Source: Octopus vulgaris (taxonomy: Eukaryota). From it: 64,000 nucleotides of DNA. Below the pieces are notes generated by a model. The model was not told where the DNA came from, searched no databases, and worked only from the letters and a program-made list of their open reading frames with translations. Location: positions 105,896,001 to 105,960,000 of the forward strand of contig OX597815.1 of assembly GCA_951406725.2 (NCBI GenBank), in the 5' to 3' direction. This document shows, piece by piece, positions 14,016 to 25,735 of the stretch (positions within the stretch are counted from its first letter, which is position 1; each line of letters begins with the position of its first letter). Position numbers and translations under genes: made by a program.

Positions 14016-15206
14016 TGGTATATATACACACACTTGTAGAGGCATGAACACATATAAACATACTTGTGGGAACACATAGACACATACCCACAAATATTTA
14101 TATATCATTGCATGTACTTTATTTTTAGCTTATATGTTTCATGTGTGAAGGTGCATGGCCTTGTGTTAAGATTGTTGCACTCACATTCGCTAGGTTGTGG
14201 GTTCAGTTCCCAAGCAGCACAAAACACTTCATTTCATGTTGCTCCCATCCTCCCTTTCAATCATCGGGGAACATTGGCCTGCTAGCAGGGTAGCATCATT
14301 CAAAGGCCAAGCAGGGTGACATCATTCAAAGGCTAAGCAGGTGGCATCATTCAAAGGCATTCAATGCAAAGTACATTGGGGTCAGCAATATGTAACATCT
14401 GATAGCCTGGTTGGCCACATGATCACATGATATTTCATGCATTTGGGAACAACAGTATTGTTTGTTATGAGGTAGCAACATGCTTCTCACTTGTTCAATG
14501 CATTTCTGTGGATGAAATTGACAAGAAGTGCTTATGCACTTGATCTTTGAAGCCTGTATCTCATTGCCCAAGTTGGTTTCTGATGATACTTTATCATAAT
14601 CAAGTGCATAAAGCTCCACTGTGTGTGTGTGCGTGTACTTGTGGTTTCACAAACTCTTACGCATTTACATATCTTATCATAATTGTCATATTATGTTCAT
14701 TTTTCTATTCTGGCACATGTTTGATAGGTCTTGTCATTCATCACAGTCCACATCATCTAGCATACTCAGCTAACTGTTTTGTTGTTGTGCATGTCTTAGA
14801 ATGTCAGCCAGTGGTATTTTATCATTACCCCAGCACTAGAGAAGGTTCTCTTATTCAGGAGAACTAAACAGTCCCTTCTACCCTGTATCAGTTCTTATTC
14901 AGATTTACTATCCTCTTAGATAGATAGCATATGCAATGTTTTGTAGAGCCATGTCATATCAATGTTTCTTTTTTTGATATTTTTTTTTATAGCTTGGTGC
15001 CCTTCATATCATTAACAACTTCATTCTCTGTACTAGATTCAAGTCCGATGGCACTTCAAGTTCAGTGGGCCCCTTATACATAAGAATTAAAATCTTAGAA
15101 AATTATCGAATTTAAATCTCAAAACCCATCCATTTCAAATAATTGAATTTGATGAGTTAGCAAAGAAAGTGTAAATAAATGACTGAAAATGTTGCTTTAT
15201 GGATAT

Positions 15207-17170
15207 ATCATCATCATCATCATCATCATCGTTTAGCGTCTGCTTTCCATGCTAGCATGGGTCGGACGGTTCTACTGGGGTCTGTGGAGCCAGAAGGCTT
15301 CATCAGGCCCAGTCAAAATCTGGCAGTGTTTCTACGGCTGGATGCCCTTCCTAACGCCAACCACTCCGTGAGTGTAGTGGGTGCTTTTTACGTGCCACCC
15401 GCACAGGAGCCAGACAGAGCTGGCAAACGGCCACGAACGGATGGTGCTTTTTATGTGCCACCGGCACGAGGGCCAGGCGAGGCTGGCAACGGACACGAAA
15501 CGGGGCGGTGCTGGCAACGGTCGCGAAACAGAAGGTTCTCTTACATGCCACCGGCACTGGTAACACATCTGCAATTTCCATTGATCGATTTCGATTCTGA
15601 TCCTCACTTGCCTCAACGGGTCTTCACAAGTAGAGTTTCGACATGCCACCGGCACTGGTAACACATCTGCAATTTCCATTGATCGATTTCGATTCTGATC
15701 CTCACTTGCCTCAACAGGTCTTCACAAGTAGAGTTTTGTGTCCCAAGAAGGGAAGGTATGCATACGTAGGCTGGCTCCATCCCATGTAGAAGGCCATGGG
15801 TTATGGACTCACTTGTCCTGCCGGGTCTTCTCGCGCACAGCACACTTCCAGAGGTCTCGGTCTCTAGTCATTTCCTCAGTGAGACCTAAAGTTCGAAGGT
15901 CATGCTTCACCACCTCGTCCCAGGTTTTCCTGGGTCTGCCTCTTCCACAGGTTCCCTCAACCGCTAGGGTGTGGCACTTTTTCACACAACTATCTTCATT
16001 CATTCTCGCCACATGACCATACCAGTGCAAACGTCTCTCTTGCACACCACAACTGATGCTTCTTAGGTCCAGCTTTTCTCTCAAGGTACTTACACTCTGT
16101 CGAGTATGAGTACCGACATTACACATCCATCGGAGCATACTGGCTTCATTTCTTGCAAGCTTACGCATATCCTCAGCAGTCACGGCCCATGTTTCACTGC
16201 CATGTAGCATGGCTGTTCATACACACGCATCATACAGTCTGCCTTTCACTCTGTGCGAGAGGCCTTTTGTCACCAGCAGAGGTAAGAGCTCTCTGAATTT
16301 TGTCCAAGCTATTCTTACTCTAGCAGTTACACTTTCAGCACACCCGCCCCCGCTGCTGACTTGGTCACCTAGGTAACGGAAACTATCAACTATTTCTAGT
16401 TTTTCTCCCTGGAAAGTGACGGAAGTTGGTCTCAGAGCATTTTCAGTGTTTATTGTTCCTGAGCATCTGCCACATACAAAAACCATCTTCCTAGTTAGCC
16501 TTCCTTTGACATTGCTACACCTCTTATGTGTCCATAGCTTACACATACCTACACCTTTTCTACAGATCGAGCAGGGCCATCTACCTGAAGGCGTTTGTGA
16601 TTTGTCTACCTTCCTACTGATTACGACTTTGGTTTTAGCTAGATTGACTCTGAGGCCCTTCGATTCTAATCCTTGTTTCCACACCTGAAACTTCTCCTCC
16701 AGTTCTGATAGTGACTCAGCAATTAGAGCAAGGTCATCAGCATAGAGGAGCTCCCAAGGGTATCCTGTCTTGAATTCCTCCGTTATTGCCTGGAGGACTA
16801 TGATAAATAGGAGGGGGCTGAGTACTGAGCCTTGGTGGACCCCTACCTCTACCCGGAATTCTTCACTGTACTCGTTTCCAACCCTCACCCTACTAGCAGC
16901 GTCCCTATACATGGCCCGCACAGCTCTCACTAACCATTCATCTATCCCTAGTTTCCTCATTGCCCACCAGATAAGGGATCGGGGGACCCTGTCGAAGGCT
17001 TTCTCCATGTCAACAAAAGCCAGGTACAGGGGCTTATCTTTGGCTAGGTATTTCTCCTGCAGCTGCCTTACCAGGAATATAGCATCAGTAGTACTTTTCC
17101 CTGGCACAAACCCAAACTGCATCTCATCTAAACTAACTCTCTCTCTAATTAGTTGGGCTATGACCCTCTC
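15207..17170 (-). mobile_element. 5'-truncated RTE-clade LINE (RT + C-terminus + 3' UTR), relatively young
   Basis: ORFs 16217-17200 and 15809-16210: QFGF, FVDMEKAFD, GVHQGSVLSP, LYADD, GSETW, RGRPRKTW; one in-frame stop (probably CGA>TGA) near 16217; (GAT)n tail. Confidence 0.95.
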
Positions 17171-17280
17171 TTCAAAATTCAGGTTTCGTATTTTACACAT
17201 CCACTTGAGATTTTTGACCTTCTCTTCATTATGAAAAGTACAATGAAGGAGGGAAGAGTGGGGTAATTTTTTTTCTTTTA

Positions 17281-17500
17281 CCTTTTCGTTACCAACCTGG
17301 CTGAAACCAGCTCTGGCTCTGAGTACAAATGTCTTGTTTTCATAAGTTTTGAATTAAAATCTTCCACCAAACCTTAGTCACAATTTATGTTCCTAACACT
17401 AGCTGAATGATAACTAATTTATTTTACTAAATTCTTTGTCACATTTAAAGTAATTGAAAGAAATACAGAGCATCACAAAATAAATACAGTAACAAAAGGG
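17281..17500. mobile_element. piggyBac-type MITE (220 bp)
   Basis: TIRs CCTTTTCGTTAC / GTAACAAAAGGG; right flank TTAA, left flank TTTA. Confidence 0.7.
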
Positions 17501-17605
17501 TTAATGTGAGTTACATGTTTCAGTATGTAGAATAAGATAAAATGACAGAAAATTACAAAAAAAAAAATTTAGTTTTTGTGGTTGTTGCTGTTCCAAAGCC
17601 ATGAT

Positions 17606-17627
<22 letters not shown>

Positions 17628-17660
<33 letters not shown>
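17628..17660. repeat. Part of a (TG)n microsatellite (run starts near 17608)
   Basis: Perfect TG run. Confidence 0.9.
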
Positions 17661-17662
<2 letters not shown>

Positions 17663-17870
17663 TGGGTGGGTGTGTAAGAGAGAGGGTGGATAGAGATATT
17701 AACATTTAAAAGACATGGATTTTTTAAATTCTTCTTTTAAAATGGCTTCCCGTCATTATTTTGCAATGCATAAAAAAAAAACACAAAAAGCAGGGGAAAC
17801 CTTAACAAAAACAGGGAAATTCAAACAACTATTTCCAAAAGTCTGCTTTTGCAGTTTCCAGTAAGAGTAT

Positions 17871-18581
17871 GTGGGGCACTATGAGTAATATTTTCTGCAT
17901 TTTTAGCTTTGAAGAAAATGTATTCTTTACAAATATTCACTACCTTGCCAAAAATATATCAGTAAAGTAAAGACCTTCTCTAAACGCAGTAAAACCTATA
18001 ACATATTCAGAACACTATTTCAGAAAATTATCACTGTTCTCTTTGAGCATATAAAAGACAAATTCAGGTAGAGCAAAAGGGATAAGACAAGGCAAGGTAA
18101 ATATGCCCTTCCAGTTCTCCAGAACTAAATTTGAAAAAAAAGTGTCATACACATAAACATCCATCCTTAGACATCAGAAATGCAACAAAATTTAAAATTT
18201 CTTGGTCAAATGAAAGAGGATTATGGAAAAATAGTACATAATATTAAATTAACGAAACTCAACTAAATTTAAAAACTCAACATAAAATATTTTTTTATAG
18301 CTTCTTTACTATAGCTTATCCAGATATTTTATCAGCTACCTCAGTTACAATCAGGTCAACTTTGAGGAAAAACTTCTTGAAAATAGTACCTGTCACCTAT
18401 GTTTCAAACTTTCAACTTCAACAACAACTATGTAAACTATACTGACCAGTTTTTACTACCAACCATGTAACCCATACTGACCAAATTTTACTCCCAAAGA
18501 TGGTGCAATAGTACAAAATGAAAGAAAATTACAAGAAATCAGAAATTATTAATTTTGACCCAGTTACCAATTTTGCCCCAC
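17871..18581. mobile_element. Putative non-autonomous TIR DNA transposon
   Basis: Imperfect inverted ends GTGGGGCACTATGAGTAA / TTACCAATTTTGCCCCAC; AT-rich non-coding interior. Confidence 0.45.
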
Positions 18582-20529
18582 TTCCATTCAGTAATTGACA
18601 TAACAATGAAAATTATATGAAAAAATAAGAAAGAAAAAGGTTCAATTTTAAGAAACATTTGAATATATATGTAATAATTCTAAAGCTGAAACAGAATGCT
18701 TTTAGCTATTGAGAGATGTAATTTTATAATTAAAACTAAATTCAAAAGTTTTTTTGTTTTTTTTACTTGCTTGCTTTCAAACCCTCACTGAAATAAGTTT
18801 AGAATTAGAAATGTGTGTTTGTGTGTGTGTGCCTTTAACTGCTATTAGTCAAGCCAAGGTCAAGCTCAGTCATTAGTTGAAAGAAGGAATTTGGCCTAGA
18901 GACAATAACATTTTTCTATCAAGCTCTTTATCTTTATACATTTATCCATTACATTTTTTTAGTCAAGATACCTTTGTATACTGAAAGACAACCTGATTGC
19001 TGGGAGGTGCAGGAGGGGGGGCTTCCTGTATTGAGTGCTACATATCCTTCCTAGTAGGGGCCCCCCACTAATATCTAGATGCCCAGGGCAATTGCCCCCT
19101 CACCCCCTCTCCCATAAATCCAGCCCTGACTGCCCTCTCAGATGGGTACCCTTTGAAGAAACTTGCAAACCTTTTGTTTGTTCCATCAGTGTAGATGAGA
19201 GACAGAGCTTTACCTACTGAATATGGGCAGATGTGGTGATGACCTATTAATAAATTACCTTCTAAGTGATTAACATCCCAGATGTGTCACTCCATCTAAG
19301 GAACCTCATCTCTTCATAATGCTAAGAGTAGTCACTGTAGAAATTTATTGTAGTAGTTTAAGGCAGATTTTATGACATAAATAGATGGTACTATATTGTT
19401 GTAAAACACTGTGATGGAAGAAGGTGTCTGTGTGTACCAACCAAAAGAGCATGCACTGACTGTAAAAAGCATGGGTTTTCATTTTTTAAATATATAAAAG
19501 GGGAATGAAGAAAACCTGTGATCTTAGTTGGGTACCCTTTGAAGAATTTGGAAACCCCACAACTCTCTTGTATTTTCCATCAATGTGGATGAGAGACAGG
19601 GCCTTACCTACTTTATATGATTCTTTTGCTAAATCAACATTCAATCATTTTCACTTTGACAAAACTCACCAAATAATTAGTTTTAATCAAATTCACATAC
19701 TCAAATACATGTGTACATACATAATCATCATCCTCATCATTATTTAATGCCTGCATTCTATACTGGCATAGGTTGGACAGTTTGACAGGAGGTGGCTAAG
19801 CAGAAGATTGCACCATGCTTCGCTGTTTGCTTTGGCATGGTTGCTATGGTGGGATGCTCGTCCTTGTACCAACCACTCTGCAGAGTAAACTGTGTGCTTT
19901 TTATGTGACACCAACACAGCTGTGGTCAGTTTTGGCATGTTCTTTTACAGCTTGATGCCCTATCAAATGCCAACCTCTTTACAGTGTGAACTGAATGATT
20001 TTTACATGCACCAGCACTGGCAGGATCACCAAGTAACTTGCAGGATGAATATCCTTTGAGAGAGGATGTGGCATTGGAGGAGGTGATCTTGTGTCAGATG
20101 ATGAAAGGTTAGAGTGTGACAGAGAGACAGAAACAGGTGTCTTGCTGTAAAGGAGGTACATGGTTACCCAGTCAGAGAGAGAGAGAATAAGTAATAAGAT
20201 TAAGGCCAGTAACAGGTATTAACCATGGTTAACCAGTCAGAGGAATAGAGTAAAAGGGAGAGTGAAGAGAGCAAGAGAAAGAGGGAGAGTGGAAAAGAGC
20301 AGGTGAGAGATGGTGGTGAAGTGCCAGAGCATGCTCACAAGGAACAGGGATCAGAGAATATAAATTGGATGGTAGAGATGAGCAAGGGATAGATGAGTGG
20401 TAGCAAAGTGGAATGGCATGCCCTCAAGATACAGGGTTAGAATATAAATGGTAGGATATTGCCAAGGTGCATGAGTAGGGGGTACAGACTTCAGGTGAAT
20501 GCAAAGAGTGTGGGGTTGGAGTATGCAGT

Positions 20530-21230
20530 AACTCTATTTTCTCCGATACACTGCTGTGCAATCCTGAACACGTCATGCCTCTGATCCTTATGCTATAGAA
20601 CATTTGTAAATCTCTTAACTTCAGCTATTCTTTTTGCTATGTAAACCTGACACCTAGCTGTCCTTTTGGCTACCTGATATAATTCTCTGATTCCACTGTT
20701 TCTCTAGTCTTTCTAGGTCTGTCTCTTTGCTTTTATAGCACTGTCTACCTTCTTGATCCACCACCATGTCACCCTGGTCAAGCTGGGACTCTGCACCAAC
20801 CATAGATTCTGTCTGTAGCCCTCAGTAGATTGTCTTGCTGGAACTTCCTACTGTCCTCTAAGCTATATGTCCCCGACTCTTCCTCTCTTTCATTAGAAGC
20901 TTCCATTAGGATACCTCTGAATTTCTGTCTGTAATTGTTAATTTATCTATGATAAGTCTCAGTTTAATTACCCTATCACATACTCTGACTACCTCAATTA
21001 CCTTATCTACCCACTTTTCTGCTAACAGCATGCCTACACCACCCACTACATCACTCTTGCCTACCCAGAAAAAATTCAAACCTGTTTCTTATCCATGAGG
21101 AATCTCCCTTCCATCTCCTCACAATACTCATCAACATGGCATTACTCCAGCATTTCAATAATCTCACTACTCCTTCCTTTCATTGTGCTAACATTGATGG
21201 TAGCAGCCTTGAAATTGTGTACTTGGGAGT
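20530..21230 (-). mobile_element. Old RTE LINE fragment (APE endonuclease and linker), internally deleted
   Basis: Minus-strand translation includes GVGMLLAEKWVDKVIEVVRVCDR, TWW and VFRIAQQCIGENR. Confidence 0.7.
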
Positions 21231-21399
21231 GACAGTGGGAAGGCAATCGTTTGAGAACTTTTATCATCATCTGAAAAGAAAATTTGCACAAACACTAGCA
21301 TAGAGTAGGAAGGGTAGAGATGGAAAAGAGTGGCGAGATATTGTCAATGGAAATAGAGATTCAATATGTACAGATTAAACGTTCAGTTATGTGTGACTG

Positions 21400-21975
21400 T
21401 GAAGGCATGTGGTTTAATGATTTGGGTATTTGAAGGTGGCGAGCTGGCAGAAACGTTAGCACGCCGGGCAAAATGCTTAGCGGTATTTCGTCTGCCACTA
21501 CGTTCTGAGTTCAAATTCCACCAAGGTCGACTTTGCCTTTCATCCTTTCGGGGTCGATTAAATAAGTACCAGTTACTCACTGGGGTCAATATAATCGACT
21601 TAATCCGTTTGTCTGTCCTTGTTTGTCCTCTCTGTGTTTAGCCCCTTGTGGGTAGTAAAGAAAAAGGTTTGGGTATTTGACTCATAATCATAAGGTTGTG
21701 AGTTTGATACCTAGTGACTCTTGTTCAAGAGCAAGACACTTTATTTCAGTGTTCCAGTCACTAGTCCACTCAGCTGGAAAAAATGAGTAGTACCTGTACT
21801 TCAAAGGACCAGCCTTGTCACATCCTGTGTCATGCTGAATCTCCCTTAGAACTATGTTGTTAAGGGTACATGTGTCTGTAGAGTGCTCAACCACTTTCAT
21901 ATCAATTTCATGAGCTGGCTGTTCCATTGTTCAGATCAACTGGAAACCTCATCATTGTCATTGACGGAGTGCCAG
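21400..21975 (+). mobile_element. Older tRNA-SINE interrupted by a younger SINE
   Basis: A-box-like TGGTTTAATGA before the insert; B-box-like GAGTTTGATACC and AGCAAGACACTTTATTTC body after it. Confidence 0.6.
21434..21667 (+). mobile_element. Young SINE with Meta-domain-like core
   Basis: Core GCCTTTCATCCTTTCGGGGTCGATTAAATAAGTACCAG; 13-bp TSD TTTGGGTATTTGA (21421-21433 / 21668-21680); second copy at 44944. Confidence 0.85.
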
Positions 21976-22755
21976 GTCATGTGTGGCTTCACCTGTTTTA
22001 CTTTGAGCACTTGTTTGTGCAGTTGGCACCCTTCATTTCCATCATATGCCCTTACCAGTGCAGTCTCCTCTCTTGAACCCTACAGTTGATTCCTCTCATA
22101 CACAAATCTCTCAGTTCAGTTATACTTCATTATTGAGTGCACTAATATAGTCCATATAGCAATGTATGCTGGTTTCATTTCTTTCTAGTCTTCACAGGTC
22201 CTCTTCAATCAAAGCCCACATCTCATTGTCACACAACACAAAAGCACTTTACACAAAAACACTTTTGATTTTCAGAGCAATGATCCTTTGTGCCAGCAGA
22301 AGTAATAGCTCCCTAAAAAATTTTCCAGCCACTTCTTATTCTGGCTGACACATTTTAGGAACACCCATCTCTACTGCTAAAGAGATGCACCAGAGAAAGG
22401 AAATTACAGAGGTATCCATAACCTGATTCAACAATTTGATAGCTCTGTAATTTCCTTTCTCTACTGCATCTCTTTAGTGCATGTATAATGACACAAGGTT
22501 GTATTTACAAGTATGTCTACTATGTATGAGTGTGTATTTCCACAAGTTTATGGAGGTAGATGAATTCAATAAATAAGTATATCTGTGAGTGTGTGTGTTT
22601 CACCTCAAATATATATATATACATATACATGAGTTTAAATTTAATAAATATGTAAGTGATACATACTTCACATCTAGTTCATTATATAGCTCTTTTTATA
22701 TATTTTTAGTAGATTCCATGTTTAATATGGGCGTTTTTATATTTCCTTGTTTTAG

Positions 22756-22810
22756 AGACAAAATGGTTTTACAGAAATACTTGAAGTCAGTCCACAAACA
22801 ATTTGATAAG
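22756..22810 (+). CDS. CCDC171: CCDC171-like exon G (55 nt)
   Basis: ttgttttag|A GAC ... GATAAG|gtatgt; (Q)DKMVLQKYLKSVHKQFDK (cf. KDKECVANHMRAVENTLHK); phase 2 to 0 fits both neighbours. Confidence 0.85.
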
Positions 22811-22889
22811 GTATGTATTATTGAATGCTGTGTATTAAATAAGGGATATGGTAGACAATGTTTTGTTTTGACAAAGAAGTGCTAATCTC

Positions 22890-23422
22890 TAACTGTAGAG
22901 GGAACATGTGGAAAAGGTAGACTCAGGAAGACATGGGTCAAGGTGGTGAAGCATGATCTTCAAACATTGAGCCTCACAGAGGCACTGACTAGTGACCGAG
23001 ACTTTTGACAATATGCCATACTTCAGAAGACCTGGGAAGACAAGTGAAATCGTAGTTGTGGCCAATGCCAGTGTCACGTAACTGGCACATAAAAAGCACC
23101 TTTCTAGAGTTGGGCCTCACAGAGGCAATGACAAATGACTGAGACCTTTAGCAATATGCTGTGCTTGAGTAGAAGACCCATCAAGCCAAGTGAAATGATA
23201 ATCATGGCAGATACCAGTGTCATGCAACTGGCACTTGTGCTGGTGGCATGTAAAAGCACCCATTACATTCTTGGAGTGGTTGAATTAGGAAGGGCATCCA
23301 GCCATAGAAACAATGCCAAACTAGACTGGAGTCTGGTGCAGCCCCTCAGCTTACCAGCCCTGGTCAAACCGTCCAACCCATGCTAGCATGTACAATGGAC
23401 GTTAGATGATGATGATGATGAT
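22890..23422 (+). mobile_element. RTE LINE 3' fragment
   Basis: Encodes remnant TVEGTCGKGRLRKTW; 3' motif AGGAAGGGCATCCAGCCATAGAAA and (GAT)n tail. Confidence 0.85.
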
Positions 23423-23424
23423 AT

Positions 23425-24046
23425 CCCCTCTGTACTACTTATACTCCCCCCACTGTTCCCTGTGGATAGGCCCTCTCTTCCTCACTCTGACTGTCACTGT
23501 CTTTTCCTCTAACTCTGTACCATCTCCCTCTGCTTCTTTGTCCTGCTGGGGTAACTAAGTATCTCCTCTGTAGTAAGACAGCTATCCCTGACCCTGTCAT
23601 ACTCCAACCTCTTACCTGGCACATGGCCACTTGTCTCAGTTGCTCTCCCTCCCTCAGCTGAGATATCCCTGTAACTCCACAGGTACTGATGCCAACTCCA
23701 AGTTAAGAGCATCTGTGCTGGCACCACGTAAAAAGCACCCATTCCTGTACCACATTAAAAGCACTTATGCCAGCACCATATAAAAAGCATCCATGCTGGT
23801 GTCACATAAAAACACCCATAATGTGAAAGAACACCTATACCCATACCATGTAAAAGTATTGGTACTGGTGCCAAGTAAAAAGCACCCGGTGCACTTTTGT
23901 AAAGTGGTTGGCATTAGGTAGGGCATCCAGCCATAAAAACCATGCCAGAAGAAAGAAAGGATCCTGGTGCAGCTCCCAGCCCTACCAGCTCTTGTCAAAC
24001 CATCCTACTCATACCAGTATGGAAAACAGACATTAAATGATGATGA
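23425..24046 (+). mobile_element. Non-autonomous RTE-tailed element with ~27-bp CACGTAAAAAGCACC unit array
   Basis: About 7 degenerate units at 23715-23890 followed by the RTE 3' end and (GAT)n. Confidence 0.6.
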
Positions 24047-24059
24047 CATATATAGTTTA

Positions 24060-25385
24060 CTGTAAAAACCCATGTAATGTGCGCACCTGTGTAATTTACG
24101 CAGGTGATTTTCAGGATAAAAATTGTTAAAAAAAGCTTCTACTCGTGTAAAATTTGCACTCACACATTTCAGAATTGCCAACATGGCCAGGGGAAAAGGT
24201 TTTCAATTTAGTTGTATTTCGCATAATTTCACTTACTTATGATTAGATTTTATTAAATTTTCATTAAATAAAAATAATTTCTGTTTAACAGGTATCACAC
24301 TGAAAGCTATTAAATTACAAAATATTTGTGTTGTCTATAATAAACTTTATTTTACATTTCTTGCCCACAAGAGATTATGTCCGATTTTTAGCATACTTCT
24401 GTATATGTCTTCTCAAATCATGATCACATGAAAAGAAAAGAAAGCTGAGATATACATACAGGTGTTGCAAATTAAGTTTAATTACCAATAAACATCAGCT
24501 TGAATGACACTTTACTCAATCAACAGAGGAAGGTGACCGATCAAACTGATTATGTAAACAGAATTCTGATTGGTTGAAAGTGTCTTCTTGTCTCAAGCTT
24601 TGATTTTCTGCCTATTCTTGTCGGAACCTTTGATACAGAGTATCGAAATTTTAATCCCTTTCACGCTTATAAAATATCAAACAAGCTTAAAAACTTGTCG
24701 TTATCGTTTTAGCTGATAGTTTGGTAACCTACTAAAATAAACATTAAAAATCAACTTTTGCAAGTTTAACTCAGTGTTTATTGAACAAGAGAGGTCCAAA
24801 ATTTAAGAAGCAAGTTGTTAGAATATACACGTCTGTGAACAGACGTAAGCAAGAATAGCAAAATTCTACTATACCAAAAGAACTGGTAATACATACATTA
24901 CAATTGTTCTATGAAGAGAACATAAGATTGCTGCATAATTCAACATGAATGTGTATTGACATTAAACATCATATAAAGTAAATGAAGGTTTCTGAAGGAA
25001 CACTAAGTCATATTCACTTGGTGAGTTTATATGCGCAAAGATGAATTATGATGTTGTCAGTGTTAGATGCAGTAAAATATGGCTCACACTGTGACTACCA
25101 GCATGAACGTCAAACTTCAAAATATAATTAGTCATTTAATGCTTTTAGTGAATCTTTACAGAAAAAGTAAGCATTATACCGTCTAGCATAAATAAAATTC
25201 AACTTCATTATATTTTTTCTGTAAAAACCTATTCTGACATTAAATGAATCAACTTCCAGTGCAAATGTTTACATTTGTACGTCATTTTTCAACCAAAAAA
25301 AATTTCTTAAAAAATTCTGGAAATGATCTACTCATGTAATTTACGCACTAAAGTTTATTTTTGTTTTTGCGAAGGGTTTTTATGG
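24060..25385 (+). mobile_element. pogo/Tigger-like non-autonomous DNA transposon
   Basis: TA|CTGTAAAAACCC ... GGGTTTTTATGG|TA inverted termini; subterminal TGTAATTTACGCA motif near both ends; no ORF; second partial copy at 10560. Confidence 0.7.
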
Positions 25386-25660
25386 TACTCTTCCATTATG
25401 GTAAGATCAACAAAAAATGTACTCCATCTAATGAGAGATAAATATCATTTAATATACACAGTATACAGATACAAGCCACTAATAGTTTCTTGCTTTGGAG
25501 ATGTGTGGGTCTAGGCAGGTTTTTATAATATGTCTTGGGGCTTCAACTCTCTCTCTCACACACACACATTAGGTAGTGAGACAGAACAGACAGATAGTTA
25601 AGGTATACAGTTCAAGCATATTGAATATTGAAAAGATACACGATATGGAATATATATTGA

Positions 25661-25735
25661 CAAGTATGTGGTTTACCTTATGTTATGTCTAAGTATGTGG
25701 TTTACCTTATGTTACGTCTGATAAGTATGTGGTAT
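25661..25735. repeat. ~30-bp tandem repeat x2.5
   Basis: AAGTATGTGGTTTACCTTATGTTA(T/C)GTCT repeated. Confidence 0.85.

Noticed and set aside
15179-15679. Overlapping 60-160-aa ORFs with HHHHHHH starts (similar ones at 27501, 28324, 47785)
   Set aside because: Chance frames across the GC-rich RTE 3' UTR and (CAT)n tail
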